This document shows positions 12,624-25,443 of a stretch of 64,000 bases of DNA, piece by piece (within the stretch, counting starts at the first letter, position 1; the number at the start of each line of letters is the position of its first letter). The notes below the pieces were generated by a model. It worked only from the letters and a program-made list of their open reading frames with translations. It did not search any database and was not told the origin of the DNA. Origin of the DNA: Mobula hypostoma (Eukaryota); NCBI RefSeq assembly GCF_963921235.1, contig NC_086097.1, positions 30,816,001 through 30,880,000 on the forward strand, read 5' to 3'. Position numbers and translations under genes: made by a program.

Positions 12624-14542
12624 AAAAAGTTCAAAAGTTCAAAGTAAAGTTATTACCATGACACCACGTACAACCCTGAGATTTATTTTCTTGCAGACAT
12701 ACTCAATGAATTGAATTGACTTTATTAATTACATCCTTCATGTACATGAAGAGTGAAAGTCTTTACGTTACATCTCCATCTAAATGTGCAATGTGCAATT
12801 ATAGTAATTTATAATAAATATTATGTATTATGTACAACCGGATAGTCAATATAACACAGAAATACAGTTGTGTCAGCATGAGTTAATCAGTCTGATGGCC
12901 TGGTGGAAGAAGCTGTCCCGGAGCCTGTTAGTCCAGGCTATTATGTTGCAGTACCGTTTCCCGGTTGGTCGCAGCTGGAACAGTTTGTGGTTGGGGTGAC
13001 TCGGGTCTCCACTGATCCTTCAGGCCCTTTTTACATACCTGTCTTTGTAAATGTCCTGAATAGTGGGGAGTTCACATCTGTGGATGTGCTGGTCTGTCGG
13101 CACCACTCTCAGCACAGTCCTGCGATTGAGGGAAGTACAGTTCCCATACCAGGCAGTGATGCAGCCAGTCAGGATGCTCTCAATCGTGCCTCTATAGAAA
13201 GTTCTTAGAATTTGGAAGGCCATACCAAACTTCTTCAACCGTCTGAGATGAAAGAGGCGCTGTTGTCCTTTTTTCACCTCACAGACGGTATGTACAGACC
13301 ACAGTGATGTTTATGCTGAGGAACTTAAAATTGTTCACCCTTTCAACCACAGATCCATTGATGTCTATAGGAGTTAGCTTGTCTCCAATACTCCTATAGT
13401 CCACAACCAGCTCCTTTGTTTTTGCGACATTGAGGGAGAGGTTGTTTTCTTGACACCACTGTGTCAGGGTGATGACTTCCTCTCTGTAGGCTGCCCCATT
13501 ATGATTTGAGATTAGGCCAATCAGTGTAGTGTCGTCAGCAAATTTAATTAGCAGATTGGAGAATAATAATTCATAACAGAATAATAACCATACTAGATTC
13601 AATGAAATAACGCACCAACATGGGTGTTCAACAAGTGTGCAAAAGACAACAAATGGTGCAAATACAAAAATAAATAAATAATAATACATAAACAATAAAT
13701 ATTGAGAGCATGAGATGAAGAGTCCTTGAAAGTGAGCCCATCAGTTGTGGGACCATTTCAATGATGGGACAAGTTAAGTTTTGTGAAGGTATCCCCTTTG
13801 GTTCAAGACCTTGATAGTTGAGGGATAAAAGCTGCTCCTAAACCTGGTGGTGTGGGTCCTGAGGCTCCTGTATCTTCTTTCTGATGGCAGCAGTGAGAAG
13901 AGAGCATGTCCTGGCTGTTGGAGATCCCTGATGATGGATGCTGCTTTTCTGCAACAAAGCTCCATGCAGATGTGCTCAATGGTTGGGAGGGCTTTACCCT
14001 TAATGGATGAGACCATACCACCACTTTTTGTAGGATTTTCTGTTTAAAGGCTTTGGTGCTTCCATATCAGACTGTGTTGTAACCAGTCAATACACTCTCC
14101 ACTACACATCTACAGAGGTTTGTCAAAGTTTTAGATGTCATCCTGAATCTTCACAAACTCCTAAGGAAATAGAGGTGTGTGCCATACTTTCTTTACAATT
14201 ACACTTATGTGCTGGGCCCAGAAAAGAACCTTGGAAGTAATAATTTGAGATATCCAAAGTTGCTGACCCTCTCCACCTCTGATCCTCTGATGACGACTGG
14301 CTCATGGACCTCTGGTTTCCTCCTCCGAAGTCAACAATCAGCTCCCTGCTGACTAAATACTGATATTGAGCAACAGGTTGTTGTTATGGCACCACTCAGG
14401 CAGATTTTTAATCTTCCTCCTATAGGCTGATTTGTTACCACCTTTGGGTTCAGCCTATGACAGTGGTGTCATCAGCAAACCTGCATATGGCATTGGAGCT
14501 GTGCTTAGCCACACATTCATAAGTGTAAAGTGAGGAGAGCAG
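12624..14542 (-). mobile_element. Rex1/Babar LINE containing a second nested Rex1 copy at ~12708-13562
   Basis: Motifs FADDTT, WCQENNLSLNVAKTKELVVDYR, QQRLFHLRRLKKFG and FYRGTIESILTGCITAWYGNC. The outer 3' UTR is split at ~12707 and resumes at ~13563. Confidence 0.88.
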
Positions 14543-14742
14543 NNNNNNNNNNNNNNNNNNNNNNNNNNNNNNNNNNNNNNNNNNNNNNNNNNNNNNNNNN
14601 NNNNNNNNNNNNNNNNNNNNNNNNNNNNNNNNNNNNNNNNNNNNNNNNNNNNNNNNNNNNNNNNNNNNNNNNNNNNNNNNNNNNNNNNNNNNNNNNNNNN
14701 NNNNNNNNNNNNNNNNNNNNNNNNNNNNNNNNNNNNNNNNNN
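14543..14742. other. Assembly gap (200 N)
   Basis: Run of exactly 200 N. Confidence 0.99.
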
Positions 14743-17700
14743 TAGACAGTGGAACAGTGGGCAAGGGATGAATAGAGGGAGAGACAGAAAGGGAAAGAGA
14801 AAAGGAGTGAATGGAAAGGGGGGCAGAGAGGGGAGAGAGAGGGGGACAGGAGGGGGAGAGAAAGAGAGAGAAACACATGGATGTGAGACAGGGAGAGGAA
14901 TCGCGTGGGAGCAGGAGAGGTTAAAGTGGTAAAGAAGGTGAGCATTGAGAATGAGGATAAGGAAGTCGCGTTGCAGCTACATAAAACTTTGATTAGGCTG
15001 CACTGTGTGCCCCATTACAGTAAGGATGTGGAAGCTTTGGAGTGGGTGAAGAAAAAGTTGACAAGGATACTGTCTGGATTATAGGGTATGAGTTAGTAGA
15101 AGTAGGACAAACTTGGACTATTTTTACTTGGCTGAGGGGAGATCTCATAGATGTCTATGAAATTATGAGAGGTATAGATGGGCTAGATTGACTTTCTTTC
15201 CCAGATAGGGTAAATGCACTGTAACGGAAGGAATTTAATCAAACCACAGTGCGTGACATTGGCTAGTAAGTTCCCTGCGTGTAATCCGATCCATGCAATG
15301 TTTTCTTTCGGAAGGAAGCAGCGGCCGTTATGTCTGAGTGGCCCTGCTCTGATCATTGACAGCTCAGCCAGTGTCCACGGCATGTTGCAACCTGAACGTT
15401 CCACTGACTGCACAAACGACATACTGAGGGGAAAGTACTTGAAACTACTTCAAGGGAAAGGGCGGGAGACTGGGAAAGAGCGCCTGCCCCAGCTGCCAAG
15501 AAGCAACCTAGCAATGTAAGAACTTAAGATAATAGGAGCAGGAATAGGATAGGGCAGCACTGTACTTAGTAGCTAGCAAAACTCTTTCCAGCATCAGCAC
15601 TCAGAATTCAGTTCCCACCGTCGTCTGTAAGGAGTTTGTATGATCTCCCTGCAAACACAAGAGACTCACAAAATGCTAGAAATCCAGAGCAACACACACA
15701 AAATGTTGAAGGAACTCAGCAAGTCAGGCAGCACCTATAAAGAGGAATAAATAGCCGACATTTTGGGATGAGACCATACATCCTTGTTCTCCCTGTGATT
15801 CTAGGGTTTCCTCCAGGTACACTAGTTTCCTCCCACATTCCAGTAACAAATAGGTTGAGTTTAGTAAGAGGCAGACACCAATGTTGTCAACAGACGTGTG
15901 GCAACACTTGCTAAGACTGTGTTGGTTGTTGACACTAATGGCACTTTTCACTGTATGTTTTGATATACATGTGACAAATAAAGCTAATCTTACTTCACAA
16001 AATCTCAGCCCCTCAAGTCTGACCCACCACTCAAGTATAATTGTGGCTGAACTCCAAGCATTCACAACTTTCTGCAAGAAGTAGTTTTAAATAACCAACC
16101 CATATTGTAATGGCAATCTCCTCCTTTGAGACTTTCCCTCTGCTGGAAATATCTCAGCATTTACCCCATTATGATCCCTTAAGATCACTCCTCAATATTC
16201 TAAACTTCAAAGAATATACATAGGTCCAATTCCTTTAGTGAACTCCTGTTGGGACAACCCTGTCATCCTGGAATTAGCCTAGTGAGTCAGTATGTAAATA
16301 AGGGGGTAAAAACTGTGTATTACAAAGACTATCTGACAAAGGCAGGCTCAAAGCATTGTTATCAGTCACAAGATAATTGCATTGTTACAATGTAGAGATG
16401 CTTTCTACCTACATTCTCTTACCCCCGAGACAGACCATACGACAAAGGAGCAGAATTAGGCCATCCGGCCCATCAAGTCTGTTCCGCCATTCTATCATGG
16501 CTGATTTATTTTCCCTCACAGCACCATTCTTCTGAGTAATCGTCATAATGTTCAATGCCTTTATGAATCAAGTACCTATCAACCACCGCGTTAAATGTAT
16601 CCAGTGACTTGCCCTCAACAGCAATGAATTCCAAAGACTCAGCACCCTCTGGCTAAAAAATTCCTCCTCATCTCTGTTCTAAAGGAACACTCTTCTATTC
16701 TGAGGCTGTGCCCTCTGGTTCTAGACTCTTCCACCTTACGTAGACTGTAAAGATCAGGTGAAAGTTCAAGTTCAAGTTTCGTTTATTGTTATTGAACCGT
16801 ACACATGTATACCGCCAAATGAGACAAAATTTCTCTGGACAAGTGCACAACACAGTAGCTATAGCTCACACACATATTACCACTGGTAAATTAATAATTA
16901 ATAAGTTGCATTTACAAGTTAAAAAGTAAACCATATAATGTTAGTGGCGTTACATGCATGATGATACATGGGTGGTGGCAGGGTGTTCAGTAGTCTCACA
17001 GCCTGGGAGAAGAAGCTGTTTCCCATCCTAACAGTTCCTATCCTAATGCAATACCTCCTGCCTAATGGTAGGGGGTCAAAGAGATTGTTAGACCGATGGG
17101 ATGATAATAGAGAGACGCCAATGATCCTCTCAGCAGTTCTTGCAATCTTTTGTAGGGATTTACGGTCAAATGGCTTACAATTCCCATACCAGATGGCGAT
17201 GCAGCTGGTCAGGGCACTCTTGATGGTGCTCCTGTAAAAATTGGTTACAATGGGGGGGGGGGGCGGGGAGAAGCTACTACTCCTGCATCCACTCAGGCCT
17301 AGGGGGCTGGCGTCAGGCACGATGACGGACTCTCCACTTCTCCCTCTCCCTCATCAGTGTGTTCAGTTCATCTACATTAGCTGCGCCGCTGTCTTCTAGG
17401 AGCGTGTTGACCATAGTCTTGGGAGGGCACCCAGGGTTCATCCTCCCGTGCTTGGGCTCCCATATGATGACTAGGCTGGCAGGTAGCTCGGGGTGGCGTA
17501 GACAGTGCCCTGCTTCTTGCAGTCTTCTCTCCTCGGGGAAGCTTCACTCAAAAAGTTCAAAAGTTCAAAGTAAAGTTATTACCATGACACCACGTACAAC
17601 CCTGAGATTTATTTTCTTGCAGACATACTCAATGAATTGAATTGACTTTATTAATTACATCCTTCATGTACATGAAGAGTGAAAGTCTTTACGTTACATC

Positions 17701-19468
17701 TCCATCTAAATGTGCAATGTGCAATTATAGTAATTTATAATAAATATTATGTATTATGTACAACCGGATAGTCAATATAACACAGAAATACAGTTGTGTC
17801 AGCATGAGTTAATCAGTCTGATGGCCTGGTGGAAGAAGCTGTCCCGGAGCCTGTTAGTCCAGGCTATTATGTTGCAGTACCGTTTCCCGGTTGGTCGCAG
17901 CTGGAACAGTTTGTGGTTGGGGTGACTCGGGTCTCCACTGATCCTTCAGGCCCTTTTTACATACCTGTCTTTGTAAATGTCCTGAATAGTGGGGAGTTCA
18001 CATCTGTGGATGTGCTGGTCTGTCGGCACCACTCTCAGCACAGTCCTGCGATTGAGGGAAGTACAGTTCCCATACCAGGCAGTGATGCAGCCAGTCAGGA
18101 TGCTCTCAATCGTGCCTCTATAGAAAGTTCTTAGAATTTGGAAGGCCATACCAAACTTCTTCAACCGTCTGAGATGAAAGAGGCGCTGTTGTCCTTTTTT
18201 CACCTCACAGACGGTATGTACAGACCACAGTGATGTTTATGCTGAGGAACTTAAAATTGTTCACCCTTTCAACCACAGATCCATTGATGTCTATAGGAGT
18301 TAGCTTGTCTCCAATACTCCTATAGTCCACAACCAGCTCCTTTGTTTTTGCGACATTGAGGGAGAGGTTGTTTTCTTGACACCACTGTGTCAGGGTGATG
18401 ACTTCCTCTCTGTAGGCTGCCCCATTATGATTTGAGATTAGGCCAATCAGTGTAGTGTCGTCAGCAAATTTAATTAGCAGATTGGAGAATAATAATTCAT
18501 AACAGAATAATAACCATACTAGATTCAATGAAATAACGCACCAACATGGGTGTTCAACAAGTGTGCAAAAGACAACAAATGGTGCAAATACAAAAATAAA
18601 TAAATAATAATACATAAACAATAAATATTGAGAGCATGAGATGAAGAGTCCTTGAAAGTGAGCCCATCAGTTGTGGGACCATTTCAATGATGGGACAAGT
18701 TAAGTTTTGTGAAGGTATCCCCTTTGGTTCAAGACCTTGATAGTTGAGGGATAAAAGCTGCTCCTAAACCTGGTGGTGTGGGTCCTGAGGCTCCTGTATC
18801 TTCTTTCTGATGGCAGCAGTGAGAAGAGAGCATGTCCTGGCTGTTGGAGATCCCTGATGATGGATGCTGCTTTTCTGCAACAAAGCTCCATGCAGATGTG
18901 CTCAATGGTTGGGAGGGCTTTACCCTTAATGGATGAGACCATACCACCACTTTTTGTAGGATTTTCTGTTTAAAGGCTTTGGTGCTTCCATATCAGACTG
19001 TGTTGTAACCAGTCAATACACTCTCCACTACACATCTACAGAGGTTTGTCAAAGTTTTAGATGTCATCCTGAATCTTCACAAACTCCTAAGGAAATAGAG
19101 GTGTGTGCCATACTTTCTTTACAATTACACTTATGTGCTGGGCCCAGAAAAGAACCTTGGAAGTAATAATTTGAGATATCCAAAGTTGCTGACCCTCTCC
19201 ACCTCTGATCCTCTGATGACGACTGGCTCATGGACCTCTGGTTTCCTCCTCCGAAGTCAACAATCAGCTCCCTGCTGACTAAATACTGATATTGAGCAAC
19301 AGGTTGTTGTTATGGCACCACTCAGGCAGATTTTTAATCTTCCTCCTATAGGCTGATTTGTTACCACCTTTGGGTTCAGCCTATGACAGTGGTGTCATCA
19401 GCAAACCTGCATATGGCATTGGAGCTGTGCTTAGCCACACATTCATAAGTGTAAAGTGAGGAGAGCAG
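14743..19468 (+). repeat. 4.7-kb near-identical direct duplication, copy B
   Basis: Starts at the first base after the gap with the sequence of 9816 onward. It continues past 19468 into the same Rex1 element that is cut by the gap in copy A. Confidence 0.97.
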
Positions 19469-19565
19469 GGGACTAAGCACACAGCCTTGTGGTGCACCTG
19501 TGCTGATGGAGATCGTGGAGGATATGTTGTCAATCCAAACTGACTGGAGTCTGCAAGTGAGGAAA
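17550..19565 (-). mobile_element. Rex1/Babar LINE with nested Rex1 (~17634-18488), copy B, extending beyond the duplication
   Basis: Same as 12624-14542, plus an upstream RT segment on the minus strand (ISTGAPQGCVLSPLL). Confidence 0.88.
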
Positions 19566-20530
19566 TCGCCTCAATCTCCTCAGGAATTGGAGACACTGCT
19601 GTGTTTTCTTGACCAAAGAGGTGGTGTTGAGGGACCAGGTGAGATCGTCTGTTATATGCACACCCAGAAATTTGGTGCTGCTAACTCTCTCCACACAGGA
19701 GTGTGTATGGTAGTCAGCCAGCAACTTCATAAAGCTCACAATCATTATTTTGGTTTTGTCCATTTTGAGACTCACGTTGCTGTGCTCGAACCATTCTACC
19801 AGCCACTCTACCTCCGATCTGTATGCCATTTCGTCGTTGTTACTGATGTGTCATCGGCAAACTTGATGATTCCATTTGAACTGGATCAGCAGTGCATTCA
19901 TGTGTCAGCAGTGTGAACAGTAGCTGGCTGAGCACACAGCTCTGGGGAGCGGTGGTGCTCAGTGTGACGGAGCTAGAGATGTTTCTGTTAACGCAAACTG
20001 ACTCTCGCTTTTCTGTCAAGAAGTTCAGGATTCAGTTCCGGAGAGGGGTGTTGAGTCCCAACAAGGACAATTTTCCACCAGTTTCTGAGGGACGATCAAA
20101 CTAACTGCTGAGTTAAAGTCGATAAACAGCATCCTGGCGTATGAGGCACCATTTTCCAGATGGGACAGGATGGAGTGGAGTGCAGAAGCTATGGCATCAT
20201 CAGTGGAACGACTTGAGTGATAAACAAACTGGAAAGGATCCAATGTAGCAGGAAGATGGGTTTTAATGTGATCCATAACCAGTTGCTCAAAGCACTTCAT
20301 TATTATTGAGGTCAATGCTACTGGATGGTAGTCAATGAGGCAGGTTACTGGACACCTGGATGATGGTGGCCATCTTGAAGCCTGAGAGGACAATGGACTG
20401 TTCCAGAGAGATGCTGAAGATGTCTGTTGGAAACTCTGTTAATTGAAATGCACAGTCCCTCAACACCCAACCAGGGACGGTACATTATCAGGCCCCGCAG
20501 CTTCCCCTGGGTTGACCCTAAGCAAAATGA
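19566..20530 (-). mobile_element. Rex1/Babar LINE RT fragment
   Basis: [18 protein letters not shown]...LDPFQF...STDDAI...[12 protein letters not shown] and KFLGVHITDDLTWSLNT. Confidence 0.88.
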
Positions 20531-20544
20531 GCAAATGACCCTGA

Positions 20545-20945
20545 GCAAAGAGCTTCACATGCAAAATGCTGGAGGAGCTCAGCAGGTCATGCAGCACCTG
20601 TAGACGGGAATAAACAGTTGATGTCTCATCATGATTGGAATGGAAGGGGGCAGAATCCAGGCTAAGAAGGTGGGAGCAGGGGGCGGCGTACAAGCTGGCA
20701 GTTGATAAGTGAAACCAGGCAAGGGGGAAGGTGGGATGGTAATATGCTGGGAGAAAGTAGATGGAAGATGTATAGGACTGAAGAAGGAATGATAGGAAAG
20801 GACAGTAGGCCATGTAAAGAAGGGGAGGAAGAGCGGAACCACAGTGGAACCAGAGGAAAGTGATGGGTAGGTGAGGTGAAGAGGAGTGAGAGGGGAGTCA
20901 AAAAAGAGAGAAGGAGGGAGGGGTATTAATCCTGGAAGTTAGAAG
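20545..20945 (-). mobile_element. Penelope-like element 3' end (hammerhead region deleted)
   Basis: Reverse complement parallels 46685-47020: the ORF end ttctaacttc, a C/T-rich tract, then the conserved ctgctgagctcctccagcattttg terminus. Confidence 0.75.
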
Positions 20946-21289
20946 TAATTGCCAGAGGAGCTTGTCTAGTTCCAGGAATGGAAAGACCAGCGAGACTGGG
21001 TCTGCAAGCCCATGCTCCGACATCCTGTTTCTCATGAGTTTAACATGGACTGAAGAACAGGATGTCCCACCACCCTGCAACATTACAAGCTTCCATCCTT
21101 GAGGCCAGTGTGCCCAGCTTACACTGCACCTCCCTGTAGACCCAGGGGACCATGACTGACCACAATTTTGGCAGTGTTCTACAACTCTCTAGGCATGTCA
21201 AAATATTACCCCACCACCTGCCATATTCCCTCCCATCCTCCACTCATCTATCCACCCACCAAGCTAAAATGGAGGTAGGTAAATTCAGA

Positions 21290-21550
21290 TTACAACCATT
21301 AGGTAGGAGGTACAGGAGTCTGAAGACACACCCTCTACTTTTTTTTGGAATAAACAGCTTCTTCCCCTCTACCATTAGATTTCTAAACAGTCCATGAACC
21401 CATGAATATAACTTTGCTATTCTTCTTTCACATTACTTATTTATTTCTATAACATAGTGATTTTTATGTCTTTCACTGTCCTGCTGGCACAAAACAACCG
21501 TATTAATTCATGACATATGCCAGTAATAATAAAACTGATTTTGATTCTGA
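21290..21550 (+). mobile_element. Rex1/Babar LINE 3' end
   Basis: PLGRRYRSLKTH...NSFFPSTIRFLN, with a 3' UTR ending aataaaactgattttgattctga. Confidence 0.8.
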
Positions 21551-22914
21551 ATTTGGCTTCCTTCCAGTCACAGGTACGTAGATTGAGGTTCACTCTTGGG
21601 TTTTATTAATGTTCTTGGTATCAATTGATCAAAAATAAGTTGAGGATGTTTGCATAGGATATTTGTTCACTGGTTATTAATGAACGGTAGTGAGAGAGTG
21701 TGTGTTGTTGTATCTTAACACAGCCAAGTAAGCAAACAGAAATCCTGGAAACATTTTGCAACAAGCCATGAAAAAAACATTTCAAACATTGGATCACTAA
21801 ACCCATTAAACCTATCAGATATAGTCGCTCTATGCAACCTCAGTAACACTAATGAACGACACACCCACACAAAGGGGGCATTCATCCAACCACCTGTCCT
21901 GGTCCAACCACATAGACGTCAAGGTCAAAGCAGCTCACCAGCAACTTTATTTCCTCAGGAGGCAAAAGAAACTTGGCCAAAGGACATGTCACAGTTGCAG
22001 TCCTTTTTAGGATTTATCAATTACTATAACAGGTTCCCGGCTTCTGTGGTCCACCCTTTGAACATTACTACAGATCTTGCCCTTGATGGAGGGTGCTTTA
22101 TGTGGGGATTGAGTTGTTGTACCATCCAAGCTGAGGAGCTACATGCTAGATCTAGATGTGGTCAAAAAGACAGCGTTGGCTAGAAGCTTTGCCTGGTAGG
22201 CTGGGATAGATCAGCAGATCGAGCAGCTTGCCATGCACTGTTCAGAATGCCAACGTTCCCAGAAGGCACTAAGAGTAGTGCCTCTCCATCCTTGGGAATG
22301 GCGTGCAATACCTGGGCAGAGGACTCATGTGGATTGTGCTAGACTATTCATGAGCACAAATTTCTTGGTAGTAGTGGATACAGCTACAAGGTGGCTAGGA
22401 ATGTCCCCAGTAGCCTCCACCACAGCCTTGCACACTGTCGATGTGTTGAGCAGCCTCTTCTCAAGGACTGGTGCTCCAGAACACTTAGTCAGTGACAATG
22501 GACACAATTTATGGTGGAACAGTTTCAGTTATTCATGAAAATGAATGGAATAAGACATCTTACATCTGCACCATATCAGCCCAGCTACAAATGGTTTGGT
22601 GGAAAGGTTTGTCCAGAATCTAAAGAATGCTCTGCGAGCAATGTCAACAGAACACTGTGAGTACTGTACACCCCAGTATGATAACTTTCTATGATTTATT
22701 ACGTTGAATATTACCTTAAATTGATGAAATATAATACGAATGTTGCCTTGTGGTACTGCTTTTGTGTCGTATTGGTATGAAAATGTGAATAAATGACAGA
22801 TAAAACATATTTAGGAAGCTCTCAAGAATGCATCCCTATTTTCTCCATTTAAATAATTATTCACATTATGCGTCAACTTCGAGGAACGTATCCCCCGCAT
22901 ATAATGAGGATAGG

Positions 22915-23269
22915 GTGTATACAAAATTATATAGACAGAATAAATGCAAACATTTTTCCAATGAGGTTCAATGATACTCGAACTAGAGGTCATGGGTTAA
23001 AGGTGAAGGGTGAAATATTTAAGAGGAACATGAGGGGGCGCTTCTTCACTCAGCTAGTGGTAAGAGTGTAGAATGAGCCGCCAGCTGAAGTGGTGGATGT
23101 GAGTTCGATTTCAACATTGAAGAGAAATGTGGATAGTTACATGGATGGGAGGTGTATAAGTAGCTATGGTCCAGGTGCAGGTCGATGAGGCTAAGCAGCA
23201 TAGTAATTCAGCACAGACTAGATGGGCCAAAGGGTCTGCTTCTGTGCTGTGGTGTTCTTTGACTCTTTG
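22915..23269 (+). mobile_element. CR1 3' end inserted in the Gypsy integrase
   Basis: TRTRGHGLKVKGEIFKRNMRGRFFTQLVVRV plus the CR1 3' UTR. AGAACAC occurs at both 22649-22655 and 23270-23276. Confidence 0.88.
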
Positions 23270-24007
23270 AGAACACACTACACTGACACTGAATCAGAAG
23301 CTCGTCAATTTCCCTCCCTGCGTATCACAGTGCAACACACTCCACAACCAGCAACTCACCAGCTATGCTGTTCCTAGGTCGCCCCTTACATTCACACTTG
23401 GATCTCCTCAAACACAATTTCAGGAGTATGTAGGACAAACAGCTGAGACAAATTAAAAGCTCCTCAAACAAAGAGGTTTGCTCTTTCTCTCCTGGACAAA
23501 CAGTCCTGGATAAGGACTACAGATCTGATCAAAAATGGGTACTTGGAAAGATTAAGGACAGAACTGGACTATTCTCCTACACAGTGCAGATTGCATCTGA
23601 TGTTATCTGGAGACAACACATTGATCAGTTGAGGAAAGCAGAGTCAATTGTTAGAGAAGAAAGATATCCAGAGCTGTCAGAACCACTTCCTGCAGTCCCA
23701 GAGTTAACTCCTACAACCACCATGGAAAAGGCCCCAGAACCTGAGATTGTTTCACAGCCACAAGTCTCAGCTGCCAAGCAGAGTGACCTCCCTTGTCAGG
23801 AAAGACACTATCCCACAAGAGTAAGAAATCCTCCACAGCGATTAAATCTTTAGGCTGAATGGGACAATTTAAAATTTGCTACGCTGTGTATGTCTATATA
23901 GTAGTTGTATACAATACGATATAGTACTGTAATAGTATACTATACATGTACTTACATTAAGATGCATTCTATATTGAGTTGGAGTTTATAGCTAAGCTGG
24001 GAGTTGA

Positions 24008-24243
24008 GTTGTGTATTTCATATTTGAGTAATATTGTAAATATGTTGTTTGATTAAGCATTCTTGTTCATTTAAATAACTCATTATGGGCTATGTGTAGA
24101 AGTATGTGAATGGCATACAACACATCATCATGCCGCCATGTCATATATGAGTGCCTCACTAAAAAAAACTAAATGTACACAAGTTATCCCCCAACTCCCA
24201 TGATTTTCTTTCAATTAGTTTTATGTTTTGGAATTACAAAACA
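24008..24243 (+). repeat. 3' LTR of the Gypsy element
   Basis: AT-rich segment after the purine tract, ending ...acaaaaca. No partner LTR lies in the window. Confidence 0.55.
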
Positions 24244-24506
24244 TGAGAATAAGATGGACACTTGGCCTCACAATCTACCTCGCCATGGCTCTTGCACTTG
24301 CATATTGTTGTCTGCACTACACTTTCACTGTAACTGTAACACTTTATTCTGCATTCTGTTACTGCTTTACCTTGTACAAACCCAATTCATTTTTGTAATG
24401 AATTGATCAGTATGAATGGTATACAAGAAACACAGATCAAGACAAGCTTTTCGCTGTACCTTGGGAATAAAAAACAAACTTACTAATTTAGTTGGGAGAG
24501 CTGGCC

Positions 24507-25198
24507 AATCAGAATCAGGTTTATTATCACCAGCATGTGTCGTGAAACCTGTTAACTTAGCAACAGCAGTTCAATGCAATACGTAATATAGAAGAAAAAA
24601 TAATAATCAATTACAGTACATGTATATTGAATAGATTTAAAATCATACAAAAACAAAAATAATACATATTAAAAAAGTGAGGTAGTGTTCACGGGTTCAA
24701 TGCCCATTTAGGAATCGGATGGCAGAGGGGAAGAAGCTGTTCTTGAATCGCTGGGTGTATGCTGGCAGGCTTCTGTACCTCCTACCTGATGGTAACGGTT
24801 AGAAAAGGGCTTGCCCTGGGTGCTGGAGGTCCTTAATAATGGATGCTGCCTTTCTGAGCCACTGTTCCTTGAAGATATCCTAGCTATTTTGTAGGCTAGT
24901 ACCCAAGATGGGGCCGACTAAATTTATAACCCTCTGCAGCTTCTTTCGGTCCTGTTCAGTAGCGCCCCCCCCCCATACCAGACAGTAATGCAAACTGTCC
25001 GAATGCTCTCCATGGTACATCTATGGAAGTTTTTGAGTGTATTTGTTTACATACCAAATCTCTTCAAACTCCTAGTGAAGTATAGTCACCGTCTTGCCTT
25101 CTTTATAACCACATCGATATGTTGGGACCAGGTTAGGTCCTCAGAGATTTTGACACCCAGAAACTTGAAACTGCTCACTCTCTCCACTACTGATCCTT
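24507..25198 (-). mobile_element. Rex1/Babar LINE 3' fragment
   Basis: Tail aatcagaatcaggtttatt. The body parallels other Rex1 copies (FKFLGV, DLTWSQHID, TVWYGG on the minus strand). Confidence 0.85.
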
Positions 25199-25269
25199 CT
25201 GTGAGTTTGATCAGAGTGTTTCCCAGAAGCTTGCTGAAGGCGCAGCCTGAAAACCATCCTGCAGAATGC

Positions 25270-25390
25270 TAAAGAGGTTTAGGAAGGGAATTCCGGAGTC
25301 TAGAATCTTAGAATTAAGATTAGCAATATTGATGCCCAGAATTGGAGGAGCACACAGATCTCAGGAGATTACAGAGATAGAGCAGAGGAA
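25270..25390 (-). mobile_element. Old L2-like LINE remnant
   Basis: ggaagggaattcc...ccagaattggaggagc...cagatctc...ttacagagatag resembles recalled elasmobranch L2 3' sequence. Confidence 0.45.
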
Positions 25391-25443
25391 ACTATTGCTT
25401 AATTGGTAACCATCTTTCTGCTGCTTCTCCACAGCTCTCTAGG

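Larger units (their letters stand above)
9816..14542 (+). repeat. 4.7-kb near-identical direct duplication, copy A
   Basis: Matches 14743-19468 at offset 4927, then 4926. The ORF track repeats identically. Differences seen are T10068 vs A14995 and a 13-G vs 12-G run. Confidence 0.97.
21978..24243 (+). mobile_element. Gypsy/Ty3 LTR retrotransposon, deleted 3' part (RT connection, integrase, 3' LTR), lying inside Rex1 remnants (~21890-21977 and ~24244-24480)
   Basis: SQLQSFLGFINYYNRF, CSECQ, LHPWEW, HLVSDNG and SAPYQPATNGLVERF. The integrase resumes at 23271, and a purine tract near 23995 precedes an LTR ending in CA at 24243. Confidence 0.88.

Noticed and set aside
14450..14945. ORFs containing X runs
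   Set aside because: They span the N gap.
21552..21580. ttccttccag-TCACAG-gtacgt, resembling a 6-nt microexon
   Set aside because: Too short to distinguish from chance, adjacent to a LINE tail, and without supporting gene context.
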